Positions 32,917 through 41,967 of a DNA stretch of 64,000 bases are shown one piece after another. The stretch spans positions 8,466 through 72,465 of the forward strand of contig CAYOBI010000001.1 of NCBI GenBank assembly GCA_964402325.1. The letters run 5' to 3'. Position numbers and translations under genes: made by a program. Below the pieces are notes generated by a model. It was given only the letters and a program-made list of their open reading frames with translations. It ran no database searches and had not been told where the DNA came from. Each line of letters starts with the position of its first letter. Positions within the stretch are counted from its first letter, which is position 1. The DNA is from an uncultured Propionibacteriaceae bacterium. Its GTDB lineage: Bacteria; Actinomycetota; Actinomycetes; Propionibacteriales; Propionibacteriaceae.

Positions 32917-34290
32917 TCAGGAGACGGTGGGGTCCCGGTCCTCCGACGCGGTCCGGGGCGCGGGGCCGGTGCCCCGGAGACCGAACCAGCTCACCAGGCC
33001 GCCGAGCACGAGCAGGCCGGCGGTGGTGTACATGGCGAGGAGATAGCCGTGGGTGAACCGCACCGGGTCGAGGTAGTCGGTGCCGGACAGTCCCACCAGG
33101 GCGGGTAGGGCGGCGATGGCGAGCAGGCTCCCGGTCCGCGCCACGGCGTTGTTGATGGCGCTGGCGGAGCCGGCGAGGCGCTCGGGCGCGGCGCCGAGGA
33201 CGGCGGCGGTGAGCGGCGAGACCAGCACCGACAACCCGAGGCCGAAGACCGTGGTGCCGACCAAGGCGATCCCCCACCCCGATCCGGCCTGCACCCGGGA
33301 GAGGACCAGGACACCGAGGGCGACGACGATCGGTCCCGCCGACATCGGGATCCGGGGGCCGATCCGTTGGGCCAGCGTCGCCATCGGAGTGGAGAGGAAC
33401 ATCAGCAGGATCGTGATCGGCAGGGTGGACAGCCCGGAGTCGCGGACGGAGAACCCGGCGGCCACCTGCAGCTGGACCACCAGGAAGAACAGGGTGGCGC
33501 CCAGGGCCCCGTAGACCAGGAAGGTCATCAGGTTGGCCGAGCTGAACACCCGGGACCGGAACAGCACGAGCGGCACCAGGGGGTAGGCCGCGCGGCGTTC
33601 GACGAGGACGAAGGCGACCGCCCCGACGGCGGCCACCGTCCAGGCGACGGCGAGGAGTGCCGGGGACGTGTCGCGGCCCTGGGTGAGCACCCAGGTGAGG
33701 GCGGCCAGCACGGTGGCGGTCAGACCGGCCCCGGGCAGGTCGAAGCGCCCGACCGCCCGCTCGTCGCGGCTCTCCGGGATGACGGCCAGGCCGGCGACCA
33801 CCACCAGGGCGGCCAACGGGACGTTGATCAGGAAGATCCAGCGCCAGGTGAGGTGGTCGATGATCCAGCCGCCGAGGAAGGGACCGATGGCCACTGCGAT
33901 GCCGGAGACCCCGGCCCAGGTGCCGATCACGCCGGGTTGGTCGTCCTCGCGGAAGGTGCTGCGGATGATCGCCAGCGCGCCGGGCGTCAGCAGGGCGGCG
34001 CCGATGCCCTGCAGCACCCGCGCGGCGACCAGCCACCCGGTCGAGGGTGCCAGTGCGCACAACAGCGACGCCAGCGCGAACCAGCCGATGCCGATCAGGT
34101 AGATCCGCCGGCGGCCGAGCCGGTCCCCCAGACTGCCGCCGACCAGGATCAGTGCGGACAGCGACAGGGTGAGGCCGTTGTTCACCCACTGCAGGCCGCC
34201 CAGTGAGCTGGCCAGGTCGCGGCCGATGGTGGGCAGCGCGATGGTGACGATGCTGGTGTCGAGGGTCGCGATCCCGGAGCCCAGGGTCAC
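32917..34290 (-). CDS. MFS transporter (DHA2/EmrB-like, 14-TM type)
   Basis: ORF 32917..34290 with a GTG start. Motifs: LDTSIVTIALPTIGRDL, motif A GDRLGRRRIY, VLQGIGAALLTP. The N-terminus looks short for TM1. The in-frame region upstream (to the stop at 34399) has no ATG/GTG/TTG, so a non-canonical start is possible. Confidence 0.8.
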   Translation of the reverse strand: MTLGSGIATLDTSIVTIALPTIGRDLASSLGGLQWVNNGLTLSLSALILVGGSLGDRLGRRRIYLIGIGWFALASLLCALAPSTGWLVAARVLQGIGAALLTPGALAIIRSTFREDDQPGVIGTWAGVSGIAVAIGPFLGGWIIDHLTWRWIFLINVPLAALVVVAGLAVIPESRDERAVGRFDLPGAGLTATVLAALTWVLTQGRDTSPALLAVAWTVAAVGAVAFVLVERRAAYPLVPLVLFRSRVFSSANLMTFLVYGALGATLFFLVVQLQVAAGFSVRDSGLSTLPITILLMFLSTPMATLAQRIGPRIPMSAGPIVVALGVLVLSRVQAGSGWGIALVGTTVFGLGLSVLVSPLTAAVLGAAPERLAGSASAINNAVARTGSLLAIAALPALVGLSGTDYLDPVRFTHGYLLAMYTTAGLLVLGGLVSWFGLRGTGPAPRTASEDRDPTVS

Positions 34291-34394
34291 CGTGGCCAGG
34301 GTGACCCGTCCGGCGCGCGAGCGGCGGGCGTACGGTTCGCGGGACGTCGGGGACAGGACCTCAGCCCCCTCCTCCGGCGGGATGCCGGGACGGG

Positions 34395-34679
34395 TCAGTC
34401 ATCGACGTGCGGGGCGTTGTCGCGCTCGACGTCGAGGCGGACCTTGGCCAGGGTGCCACCGATCGCCGCGACGGCGGCGAGGACGGGTGCGGTGAAGACG
34501 GTCAGGGCACCGCCGGCCAGGCCGATGGTGAGCGGAACGCTGAGCAGCTCGCGGCCCTCGGCGTTGCGGACGATGACGCGGCGTGCGTCGGCGTCGGCGT
34601 ACAGCTTCTTGACGGTGAGGACCAGCTGGTCGCCGGCGACCTCGATCTGCTCGATGAACGTACGTCCGGATCTGTCCAT
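34395..34679 (-). CDS. DUF4342-like small protein
   Basis: In frame with ORF 34395..34913 from MDRSGRTFIEQIEVAGDQLVLTVKKLYADADARRVIVRNAEGRELLSVPLTIGLAGGALTV... The pattern matches my recollection of DUF4342 (soluble beta region plus a C-terminal hydrophobic segment). Confidence 0.65.
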   Translation of the reverse strand: MDRSGRTFIEQIEVAGDQLVLTVKKLYADADARRVIVRNAEGRELLSVPLTIGLAGGALTVFTAPVLAAVAAIGGTLAKVRLDVERDNAPHVDD

Positions 34680-34761
34680 ACTCCGGACGGTACCAAGCCG
34701 ACGGCGTCCGGGGAACAGGGAAACGATGCGCCCTGGGGGCCCGGGGATCGGGTGGCCTAGG

Positions 34762-36213
34762 ATGCCGGCTGTGTCCACCGCCTCCTCCGTCTCCGACGGT
34801 GCGTCGGTCGAGCCCACGGGATCGCCCGTGCACGACCACCTGCGCCGCAACCTGACGAACCGCCACATCCAGCTGATCGCGATCGGCGGTGCGATCGGCA
34901 CCGGCCTGTTCATGGGATCCGGCCGGACGATCTCGTTGGCCGGCCCCTCGATCCTGCTGGTTTACGTGGTCATCGGCGTGATGCTGTTCTTCGTCATGCG
35001 GGCGATGGGCGAGCTGCTGCTGCACAACCTCGAGTACGCCTCGTTCCAGGACTTCGCCGCCGACCTGCTCGGCCCCTGGGCAGCCTTCGCGATCGGCTGG
35101 ACGTACTGGCTGAGCTGGGTCTTCACCGGGATGGCCGACATCGTCGCGGTGACCGGCTACTGGAAGTTCTGGGTGGGTGACCTGTCGGCGGCGATCGGGC
35201 TGACCGTGCTCACCCTGGTGGTGCTGTTGGCGCTCAACCTGCTGACCGTACGTCTGTTCGGCGAGATCGAGTTCTGGTTCGCCCTGATCAAGGTGGTCGC
35301 GATCCTCGCCCTGGTGGCCGTGGGCGCCACCCTGGTGGTGCTCCGTTTCACGTCCCCGAGCGGCATCCACGCGTCCCTGGGCAACCTCTGGAGCCACGGC
35401 GGCGTCTTCCCGACCGGCCTGTCCGGATTCTTCGCCGGCTTCCAGATCGCGGTCTTCGCCTTCGTCGGGATCGAGCTGGTGGGGGCCACCGCCGCGGAGG
35501 CCCAGGACCCGCTGCGGACCCTGCCGAAGGCGATCAACTCGATCCCGGTCCGGGTGCTGCTGTTCTACGTCCTGGCGCTGGCGGCGATCATGGCGGTCAC
35601 CCCCTGGGACAGGGTCGACCCCAGCACCTCCCCGTTCGTCAATCTGTTCACCCTGATCGGCTTCGGCGGCGCCGCGGGCCTGATGAACTTCGTCGTCCTC
35701 ACCTCGGCGGCATCGTCGTGCAACTCCGGCATCTACTCCAGCTCACGGATGTTGTACGGGCTTGCCCGCAAGGGGATGGCGCCCCGCTGGCTGGGCCGGC
35801 TCAACCGGCGCGACGTCCCGGCGACCGGGCTGTGGCTCTCGGTGGTGCTGATCGGCGCGTCGCTGGTGCTCACCGCCAACGAGTCGGTGATGGCCGCCTT
35901 CACCGTGGTCACCTCGGTGGCCGCGGTGCTGTTCATCGCGATCTGGAGCCTGATCCTGGTCAGCTACCTGCACTACCGGGCCAAGCGGCCCGAGGCCCAC
36001 GCCACCTCGCCCTTCCCGATGCCGCTGGGCCGGCCGATGTCGTGGGTCGTGCTCGCCTTCTTCGGCTTCGTCCTGGTACTGCTGGCACTGCGGCCCGAGA
36101 CCCGCGAGCCGATGCTCGTCGCGCCGGTCTGGTTCGTGGTGCTCGCGATCGGTTGGCGGATCGTCCGGCGCCGGGCCGCCGGTCAGGTCCAGGCCGGAGG
36201 GGACTGGCGGTGA
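34762..36213 (+). CDS. amino acid permease (APC superfamily, AAT family)
   Basis: In frame with ORF 34417..36213 from MPAVSTASS. Motifs: LRRNLTNRHIQLIAIGGAIGTGLFMGSG, FGEIEFWFALIKV, NSGIYSSSRMLYGLA. It has 12 TM segments. Confidence 0.9.
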   Translation: MPAVSTASSVSDGASVEPTGSPVHDHLRRNLTNRHIQLIAIGGAIGTGLFMGSGRTISLAGPSILLVYVVIGVMLFFVMRAMGELLLHNLEYASFQDFAADLLGPWAAFAIGWTYWLSWVFTGMADIVAVTGYWKFWVGDLSAAIGLTVLTLVVLLALNLLTVRLFGEIEFWFALIKVVAILALVAVGATLVVLRFTSPSGIHASLGNLWSHGGVFPTGLSGFFAGFQIAVFAFVGIELVGATAAEAQDPLRTLPKAINSIPVRVLLFYVLALAAIMAVTPWDRVDPSTSPFVNLFTLIGFGGAAGLMNFVVLTSAASSCNSGIYSSSRMLYGLARKGMAPRWLGRLNRRDVPATGLWLSVVLIGASLVLTANESVMAAFTVVTSVAAVLFIAIWSLILVSYLHYRAKRPEAHATSPFPMPLGRPMSWVVLAFFGFVLVLLALRPETREPMLVAPVWFVVLAIGWRIVRRRAAGQVQAGGDWR

Positions 36214-36450
36214 GGGCTCGCCGGCCCGCACCACGGCGACCTGCCGGTCGCGGCGGTCACGCTCCTCGATCACGTAGTGGTGGGACGGCTGCAGCGCGTC
36301 GACCATGAGGTCGGCCACCACGCCGCCCATCGTCGCGCTCCCCCGCCGCCGTCGGTAGTAGATCCAGCCGCGTGTTTCAGCGGCGAGCAGCAGTCGATCC
36401 AGTACCCAGCCGGCGGCAGCGATGCCGATCACCCACAGCGCGATCTCCAT
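35743..36450 (-). CDS. DUF6191-like small membrane protein; only the first ~95 codons look protein-like
   Basis: ORF 35743..36450. The N-terminus is MEIALWVIGIAAAGWVLDRLLLAAETRGWIYYRRRRGSAT...LQPSHHYVIEERDRR...GEPSPPVPSGLDLTGG. This resembles small actinobacterial DUF6191 proteins (from memory). No stop follows, so the frame runs about 470 nt antisense through the permease 3' end as Asp/Arg/His/Pro-rich low-complexity sequence. Confidence 0.4.
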   Translation of the reverse strand: MEIALWVIGIAAAGWVLDRLLLAAETRGWIYYRRRRGSATMGGVVADLMVDALQPSHHYVIEERDRRDRQVAVVRAGEPSPPVPSGLDLTGGPAPDDPPTDREHHEPDRRDEHRLAGLGPQCQQYQDEAEEGEHDPRHRPAQRHREGRGGVGLGPLGPVVQVADQDQAPDRDEQHRGHRGDHGEGGHHRLVGGEHQRRADQHHREPQPGRRDVAPVEPAQPAGRHPLAGKPVQHP

Positions 36451-36622
36451 GATTCCAGGCTACGGCCGGTAGGCCCGCCTCCCCTCGTCCGCCGCCCGGC
36501 GGCGGACAGGGTCGGTCCGGTGGTCACGTCCGCACCGGCGGCGGCTCGATCAGCGAGCGGCGGTGGCGACGATCCAGCCCACCCGGGACACGGTGACCCG
36601 ACCACGGCCAGAATGAGAATGC

Positions 36623-37078
36623 TCAGGGCCGGTCGGTGTGGTCGGCGAGCCTGAGGATCGTCAGTGTCCTGGGGTCGCGCACCCCGGCGAAGTAGCGCTC
36701 CAGCACCTGTCGGAACACCGGGCCCCCTGGATTGGCCGCCTCGAAGAGAGTCATCGATGAGCGCAGTTTCATCGCGTCGACCCGGCCCAGCAGGTGTTCG
36801 GCGGTGGCGGCCGGCCCGTCGGCGACCGCCCGGGCCGCTTCCAGCAGCCGGTGCTCCAGGACAGGGTGCTGGAGGTAGGCCCGCGCCTCGTCGAGGTCGG
36901 CGATCGCGAACCGGTCCGCCGTGGCGGAACGGCCCAGTCCGGCTACTTGCGGGAAGACGAACCACATCCAGTGCGTCGTCTTGCGTCCCGCCCGCAGTTC
37001 GGCGAGGGCCTGCTGGTAGACGCCGTCCGCCTGGGCGCGGACGAAACGCTCCAGGTCGTACGGATCGGTGCTGTCCAT
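36623..37078 (-). CDS. DUF1810-family protein
   Basis: In frame with ORF 36623..37168 from MDSTDPYDLERFVRAQ. It carries the hallmark KTTHWMWFVFPQ block. Confidence 0.75.
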   Translation of the reverse strand: MDSTDPYDLERFVRAQADGVYQQALAELRAGRKTTHWMWFVFPQVAGLGRSATADRFAIADLDEARAYLQHPVLEHRLLEAARAVADGPAATAEHLLGRVDAMKLRSSMTLFEAANPGGPVFRQVLERYFAGVRDPRTLTILRLADHTDRP

Positions 37079-37215
37079 GGGGCAATTCTGCCCGCCCCGG
37101 GCCGGTTGCGCCGCTGTTGTCGGACAGCTGGTGCGGACGGATCCGTGGCCCCGGCGCCCACCCGGCACCCGGATCCGCGCCGTACAGTGGGAGGAGGCCG
37201 GGGACAGGAGTCGCC

Positions 37216-38805
37216 ATGAGAGCTACGAGGTCGTGGGGCGCCCGGGCCGGGCGCGGGGGATCGGCGGCGCGAGGCCCCGCGCTGCCGTTGGCCTGGCTGG
37301 CCGACCTGGCCGTGGCGACCGGCGCCGGGGTGCTGGAGATCCGCACCCCGTTCGACGGCAGTGTGCTCGGCACAGTGTCGCGCTCGGACACCGGTGACGT
37401 CGCGGAGGCGGTCCGGCGGGCCCGGGCGGCACAGGTCGCCTGGGCGGCCCGGAGCCCCCGCTCCCGGGCCGAGGTGATGCACCGGTTCGCCCGGCTCGTG
37501 CTGGACCGACGCGACACGATCCTCGACCTGATCCAGCTGGAGTCGGGCAAGTGCCGACTGGACGCCCTGGAGGAGGTCCTCGACGCCTCCCGGACCGCCG
37601 CCCACTACGCCCACGTCGCCCCCGACCTGCTCCGGCCCAGACGCCGCGCCGGCGCGATCCCGGTGCTCACCCGCACCGTCGAGGCCCGCAGCCCCAAGGG
37701 CGTGGTCGGGGTGATCAGCCCGTGGAACTACCCCTTCACCCTCGCCGTCTCCGATGCGGTCCCCGCCCTGCTGGCCGGCAACGCGGTGGTGCTGAAGCCG
37801 GACTCGCACACCCCCTTCACCGCGCTGCTCGGGGTGTCCTTGCTGCGGGCCGCCGGCCTGCCGGCCGACCTGCTCCAGGTGCTCGTCGGGCCCGGCGCGG
37901 AGCTCGGGCCGGCCCTCATCGACAGCGTCGACCACGTGATGTTCACCGGGTCGACGGCCACCGGGCGTGAGGTCGCCCGCCGCTGCGCGACCCGGCTCGT
38001 CGACGTCAGCGCCGAGCTCGGTGGTAAGAACCCGCTCATCGTGCTGGGCGACGCCGATCTGCACGACGCTGCGATCGGCGCGGCGCGGGCCGCCTTCGCC
38101 AGCGCCGGCCAGCTGTGCATCGGGGTCGAGCGGATCTACGTCGAGCAGCCGGTCCACCGGGACTTCCTCGACCGGTTCCTGGCCGTGCTGGCGCGGATGC
38201 GACTGGGCGTCGGGCTCGGCTGGAACCACGACATGGGCACCCTGGTCTCGGCAAAGCAGCTGGAGCGGGTCGGCGGCCTGGTGGACGACGCCGTGGCGCG
38301 GGGCGCGACGGTGCTCGCCGGCGGTCATCCGCGCCCCGACCTCGCGCCCTGGTACTACGAGCCGACCGTCCTGGCCGACGTCCCCGCCGACGCGGCACTG
38401 TCGCGCACCGAGGCCTTCGGGCCGGTGGTGTCGGTGCAGCCGGTGGCCGACCTCGACGAGGCGATCGCCCTGGCCAACGCGAGCAACTACGGGCTGAGCG
38501 CCAGCGTGTGGACCTCCGGGCGCCGCGGCGAGGCGGTGGCTCGGCGCCTCGAGGTGGGCACCGTCAACGTCAACGAGGCCTACTCGGCCGCCTGGGCCTC
38601 GCACGCCGCCCCGATGGGCGGCTGGAAGGACTCCGGGTCGGGCCGGCGACACGGGGTGGAGGGCCTGCTGAAGTTCACCGAGAGCCAGACCATCGCCACC
38701 CAACGGCTGCTCCCCCTCGAGCCCCCGCCGGGGCGGCCCGGCGCTGCCCGGGCGTTCGCGGCCGGGATGACGCAGGCGATCCGGCTGCTCGACCGGTTCC
38801 GCTGA
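37216..38805 (+). CDS. NAD(P)-dependent aldehyde dehydrogenase (succinate-semialdehyde dehydrogenase-like)
   Basis: In frame with ORF 36664..38805. ATG 37216 follows GGAG. Motifs: VISPWNYPF, FTGSTATG, catalytic Glu ELGGKNP, catalytic Cys AGQLCIGVERIYV, EAFGPV. Confidence 0.9.
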   Translation: MRATRSWGARAGRGGSAARGPALPLAWLADLAVATGAGVLEIRTPFDGSVLGTVSRSDTGDVAEAVRRARAAQVAWAARSPRSRAEVMHRFARLVLDRRDTILDLIQLESGKCRLDALEEVLDASRTAAHYAHVAPDLLRPRRRAGAIPVLTRTVEARSPKGVVGVISPWNYPFTLAVSDAVPALLAGNAVVLKPDSHTPFTALLGVSLLRAAGLPADLLQVLVGPGAELGPALIDSVDHVMFTGSTATGREVARRCATRLVDVSAELGGKNPLIVLGDADLHDAAIGAARAAFASAGQLCIGVERIYVEQPVHRDFLDRFLAVLARMRLGVGLGWNHDMGTLVSAKQLERVGGLVDDAVARGATVLAGGHPRPDLAPWYYEPTVLADVPADAALSRTEAFGPVVSVQPVADLDEAIALANASNYGLSASVWTSGRRGEAVARRLEVGTVNVNEAYSAAWASHAAPMGGWKDSGSGRRHGVEGLLKFTESQTIATQRLLPLEPPPGRPGAARAFAAGMTQAIRLLDRFR

Positions 38806-38837
38806 CCGGTTCGTCCCCGGGCGTACGACGACCGCGG

Positions 38838-39233
38838 TCACGACTCCCGGATGTACTCGCGGGCCACCGCCACGGCCCCCACCGTGGTCCCGTCGGGGGC
38901 GTTGATCACCGCGAACGTCATCGTGACGTACACCTTGCCACCGTCCGCGGTCACGCCGCGGGTGCGGCGCGGCTTGCCGTCGGAGGCCAGGTGGCCGGAG
39001 GCCATGGCCGCCGTGAACCCGTGCTCGTGGGCCACGCGCAGCTTCTCCGGGATGATGATCTCCACCGTCTGCCCGATCGCCTGCTCGGCCGTGAAGCCGA
39101 ACAGTTCCTCGGACTTGTGGTTCCACCGGCGGATGATGCCGTCGACGTCGATGACGATGATGCCGTCACCGGCCTGCTCCAGGGCGGCGTCGGACAGATC
39201 CAGGTCGAGCCGGGAAGCCGTCGGGTCGGTCAT
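38838..39233 (-). CDS. stand-alone PAS-domain protein
   Basis: ORF 38838..39233. PAS core: GIIVIDVDGIIRRWNHKSEELFGFTAEQAIGQTVEIIIPE...VYVTMTFAVI. There is no output domain. Confidence 0.8.
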   Translation of the reverse strand: MTDPTASRLDLDLSDAALEQAGDGIIVIDVDGIIRRWNHKSEELFGFTAEQAIGQTVEIIIPEKLRVAHEHGFTAAMASGHLASDGKPRRTRGVTADGGKVYVTMTFAVINAPDGTTVGAVAVAREYIRES

Positions 39234-39285
39234 GGCGGGGGTCCTCTCCTCCTCGCGCTGCCGGGCAGGATGTCACGACAAGTCC

Positions 39286-39429
39286 GGCGGGGGTGTGGTC
39301 GTCCTGGAGTCTCGTCGGCCCGCCGACCCCCGTCAAGGGCATTTCCGGCCGGACCGCTACGACGTGGCCGGTGCGTTCGTCTGCCTCGTCGGGATGGCGA
39401 TCATCATGTACGCGCCGCGGGCGAGCTGA
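39286..39429 (+). pseudogene. 3' remnant of a YnfA/UPF0060-family membrane protein gene
   Basis: The tail of ORF 38851..39429 reads GGVVVLESRRPADPRQGHFRPDRYDVAGAFVCLVGMAIIMYAPR. This matches the C-terminal ~45 aa of ~110-aa YnfA proteins (...GGVFV...DGFRPDRWD..GA.VCL.GV.VIMYAPR). The region where the 5' half should be is occupied by the PAS gene on the other strand. Confidence 0.6.
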
Positions 39430-39438
39430 GTCGTCGGG

Positions 39439-39903
39439 TCAGCGGTCCAGGACGCAGTTGGCGCAGCCGCTGCCGCAGCACTCCCGGTCGGGGGACCTGA
39501 GGTCGTGGACCAGTCGGGCGAGTCTGTGCTCGAGGTTCTTGCGGATCACCCGCATCCGGTGCCGCGGGTCGGTCTCCTCCTCCGGTGGTTCGATCGGCCA
39601 CACCTCGTACGACGGCCGGATCCCGGGCGGCAGCGGCACGAAGCCCTGCTGGTTGCGGAAGCCCAGCACGATCACCCGCTGGTGCTGGTCGAGCTCCCCC
39701 GGCCCGACCGGGCGGGGTGGGGTGAGCGGGACCGGCCGGCGGGAGGTCTCCACGGCCTCGCGGACCTCGGCGGTCACCTCGGCGTAGTCGGTGGTGTTGG
39801 CGCAGGTGGTGGTGAAGTCGCCCTCGGATCGGCTGCGGGCCAGAGCCTCGGCCAGTTGGGCGATGCCCTCGGTGTCCGTGCCCACGAAACAGACCGTGGC
39901 CAT
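39439..39903 (-). CDS. hypothetical protein with a C-terminal Oxidored-like CC-x2-GC-x2-C motif
   Basis: In frame with ORF 39439..40884 from MATVCFVGTD. It ends in PDRECCGSGCANCVLDR, resembling the Oxidoreductase-like N-terminal domain motif (CCGSGCxxCV). The N-terminal ~110 aa are unassigned. Confidence 0.6.
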   Translation of the reverse strand: MATVCFVGTDTEGIAQLAEALARSRSEGDFTTTCANTTDYAEVTAEVREAVETSRRPVPLTPPRPVGPGELDQHQRVIVLGFRNQQGFVPLPPGIRPSYEVWPIEPPEEETDPRHRMRVIRKNLEHRLARLVHDLRSPDRECCGSGCANCVLDR

Positions 39904-39955
39904 CACGACGCACCTCCTCGACTTCCTCCTCCAGCGTAGTCGGGACGCCACACTG

Positions 39956-40414
39956 GTGGATGTGGACGACCTCGTGATAGCCCCGGCGCCCGGCCTGCCC
40001 GACGGGCTGCTGATCCCCGCGGACCTGCTGCGGGAGCGGTTCACGCACGCCTCCGGGCCCGGAGGCCAGGGTGTCAACACCGCCGACTCCCGGGTGCAGC
40101 TCAGCGTGGACCTCGCCGAGCTGTCCGCGCTGGGGGTCGACCCGACCCGGCTCGACCGGGTGCTGGAACGGCTGGCCGGCCGGCTCACCGGCACCGTGCT
40201 GACCGTCGATGCGGCCGAGTTCCGCTCCCAGCACCGCAATCGCAAGGCGGCCCGGGACCGGCTCGCCGGCCTGTTGCGCTCGGCCCTGGCTGCGCCGCCC
40301 CCGGCCCGGCGCGCGACCCGGCCGACCCGGGCCTCGCGCCGTCGTCGGTTGGAGGCCAAGCACCGCCGGGCCGAGGTCAAGCGGTCCCGGACCCGACCGT
40401 CGGTCGACTCCTGA
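39956..40414 (+). CDS. arfB: alternative ribosome-rescue factor ArfB (class I release-factor-domain peptidyl-tRNA hydrolase)
   Basis: In frame with ORF 39791..40414. GTG 39956 is the chosen start, with 39962 as an alternative. GGQ motif: SGPGGQGVNTADSRV. The basic C-terminal tail is RRRRLEAKHRRAEVKRSR. Confidence 0.85.
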   Translation: MDVDDLVIAPAPGLPDGLLIPADLLRERFTHASGPGGQGVNTADSRVQLSVDLAELSALGVDPTRLDRVLERLAGRLTGTVLTVDAAEFRSQHRNRKAARDRLAGLLRSALAAPPPARRATRPTRASRRRRLEAKHRRAEVKRSRTRPSVDS

Positions 40415-40531
40415 CGCGGATGATGTGGGCCCGTCCCGGGCGGCCGTCCCGGACGTGGGTGAACACAGCCCGGACACAGATCGGGGCGTCTAAGGTGGAC
40501 CGTCCTTCCATATCCTGATCGGAGTCCCCCC

Positions 40532-40972
40532 ATGGGAAACGCCCTCGCCCGTACGATGCTGCGCCTGGCCGGCCCCACCCTGATCGGCGCCGGCGGCGCC
40601 GCCTGGTACGTCATCACCCAGCAGCTGAAGGCCCAGAAGATCGAGGTGCACCCGGACTCCCCGCAGCTGACCGGTCGCCCGGTCGCCGGCCCGGTGACCG
40701 CGTTCGCCCAGGCCGCGGTGATCGAGAAGCATGCGCTGGCGATGGGGGGTGGCCGCACCTTCTCCGAGATCAGCGAGGAGTGGATGGAGGCGACGGCCGC
40801 CGGTGACGAGGCCCGCGCCGCCGAGCTCGCCGGCACCCGCGAGACCGTGATGCAGGCCAACCTGCTGCGTGCCTCGCTGTTCACCTCCGTGCTCGCCTAC
40901 GGCGTCGCCGCGCTGACGATGGGCATCGGCGTCCTCAGCTGGACGACCGCGAGCGCCGTCCGCTCCAAGTGA
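40532..40972 (+). CDS. hypothetical membrane protein (2 TM)
   Basis: ORF 40532..40972 with a GGAG RBS. It has an N-terminal TM and a C-terminal TM (LFTSVLAYGVAALTMGIGVL). No family assigned. Confidence 0.6.
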   Translation: MGNALARTMLRLAGPTLIGAGGAAWYVITQQLKAQKIEVHPDSPQLTGRPVAGPVTAFAQAAVIEKHALAMGGGRTFSEISEEWMEATAAGDEARAAELAGTRETVMQANLLRASLFTSVLAYGVAALTMGIGVLSWTTASAVRSK

Positions 40973-41007
40973 TCCCGCGCGGGTGATCCGCGGCCGGCGG
41001 CCGGCGC

Positions 41008-41967
41008 TCAGCGCGCGGTGACCAGCCCGACGAACACGTCCTCCAGGGTGGGTTCGACGGCCCGTACGGTCACCTCGCCGAAGCCGGCCGCCCGCAACCG
41101 CCCGGCCAGCTCGGCCGGGTCGGTGCCGGGGGCGGTGACCCGCAGCGCCCCCTCGGCGACATGGGCGTCGCGGACGTCCTGGGCGGTGTCGAGGCGGGCC
41201 TGCACCGCATCGGGGTCGGCGCCGCGCACCTCGAGCACCGGGGCGCCGCCGGCGACCAGGTCGCGGGGAGCCCCGTCGGCGACGATCCGGCCGCGGTACA
41301 TGAAGGCCAGCCGGGTGCAGTTCGCCGCCTCGTCCATGTAGTGGGTGGTGACGAAGAGCGTCACTCCTCGCCCGGCCAGGTCGTGCAGCAGGTCCCAGAA
41401 CTGCCGGCGGGCGAGCGGGTCGACCCCCGAGGTGGGCTCGTCCAGGAACAGCAGCTCGGGCTCGTGGATCGTCGCGGTGCCCAGCGCGAGCCGCTGGCGC
41501 CAGCCGACCGACAGGTCAGCGGTGAGCTCGCGCTCCCGGCCCCGGAGGTCCGCCATGTCGAGCACGTACTCGCGCCGCCGTGCGTACGTCTCCTTGGACA
41601 GGCCGTGGACACCGGCGTAGAAGCGCAGGTTCTCCTCGACGGTGAGGTCCTCGAAGAGGCTGAACCGTTGTGACATGTAGCCGATCCGTCGGTGGATCGC
41701 CCCGGGGTGGCGGGCCACGTCGGTGCCGAGCACGCGGATCTCGCCGCCGGAGGGGGCGAGCGAGCCGGTGAGCATCCGGATCGTGGTGGTCTTGCCGGAG
41801 CCGTTCGGCCCGAGGAAGCCGAACACCTCCCCGCGGTGGACCTCGACGTCGATCCCGTCCACGGCCGTGAACGAGCCGAACGTACGGCGCAGGTCGTGCA
41901 CCCGGACGGCGAGGTCGCCGTCCTCGGCCCGGGGCTCCTCGGCCGGTCGACGACGGAACAGCGCCAT
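41008..41967 (-). CDS. ABC-2-type transporter ATP-binding protein
   Basis: In frame with ORF 41008..42360 from MALFRRRP. Walker A GPNGSGKTT, signature LSVGWRQR, Walker B LLFLDEPTSGVD. The start overlaps the permease stop as ATGA. Confidence 0.9.
   Translation of the reverse strand: MALFRRRPAEEPRAEDGDLAVRVHDLRRTFGSFTAVDGIDVEVHRGEVFGFLGPNGSGKTTTIRMLTGSLAPSGGEIRVLGTDVARHPGAIHRRIGYMSQRFSLFEDLTVEENLRFYAGVHGLSKETYARRREYVLDMADLRGRERELTADLSVGWRQRLALGTATIHEPELLFLDEPTSGVDPLARRQFWDLLHDLAGRGVTLFVTTHYMDEAANCTRLAFMYRGRIVADGAPRDLVAGGAPVLEVRGADPDAVQARLDTAQDVRDAHVAEGALRVTAPGTDPAELAGRLRAAGFGEVTVRAVEPTLEDVFVGLVTAR

Noticed and set aside
36943-39126. 727-aa minus-strand ORF opposite the aldehyde dehydrogenase
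   Set aside because: It is an antisense shadow. The + frame has the catalytic ELGGKNP and Cys motifs.
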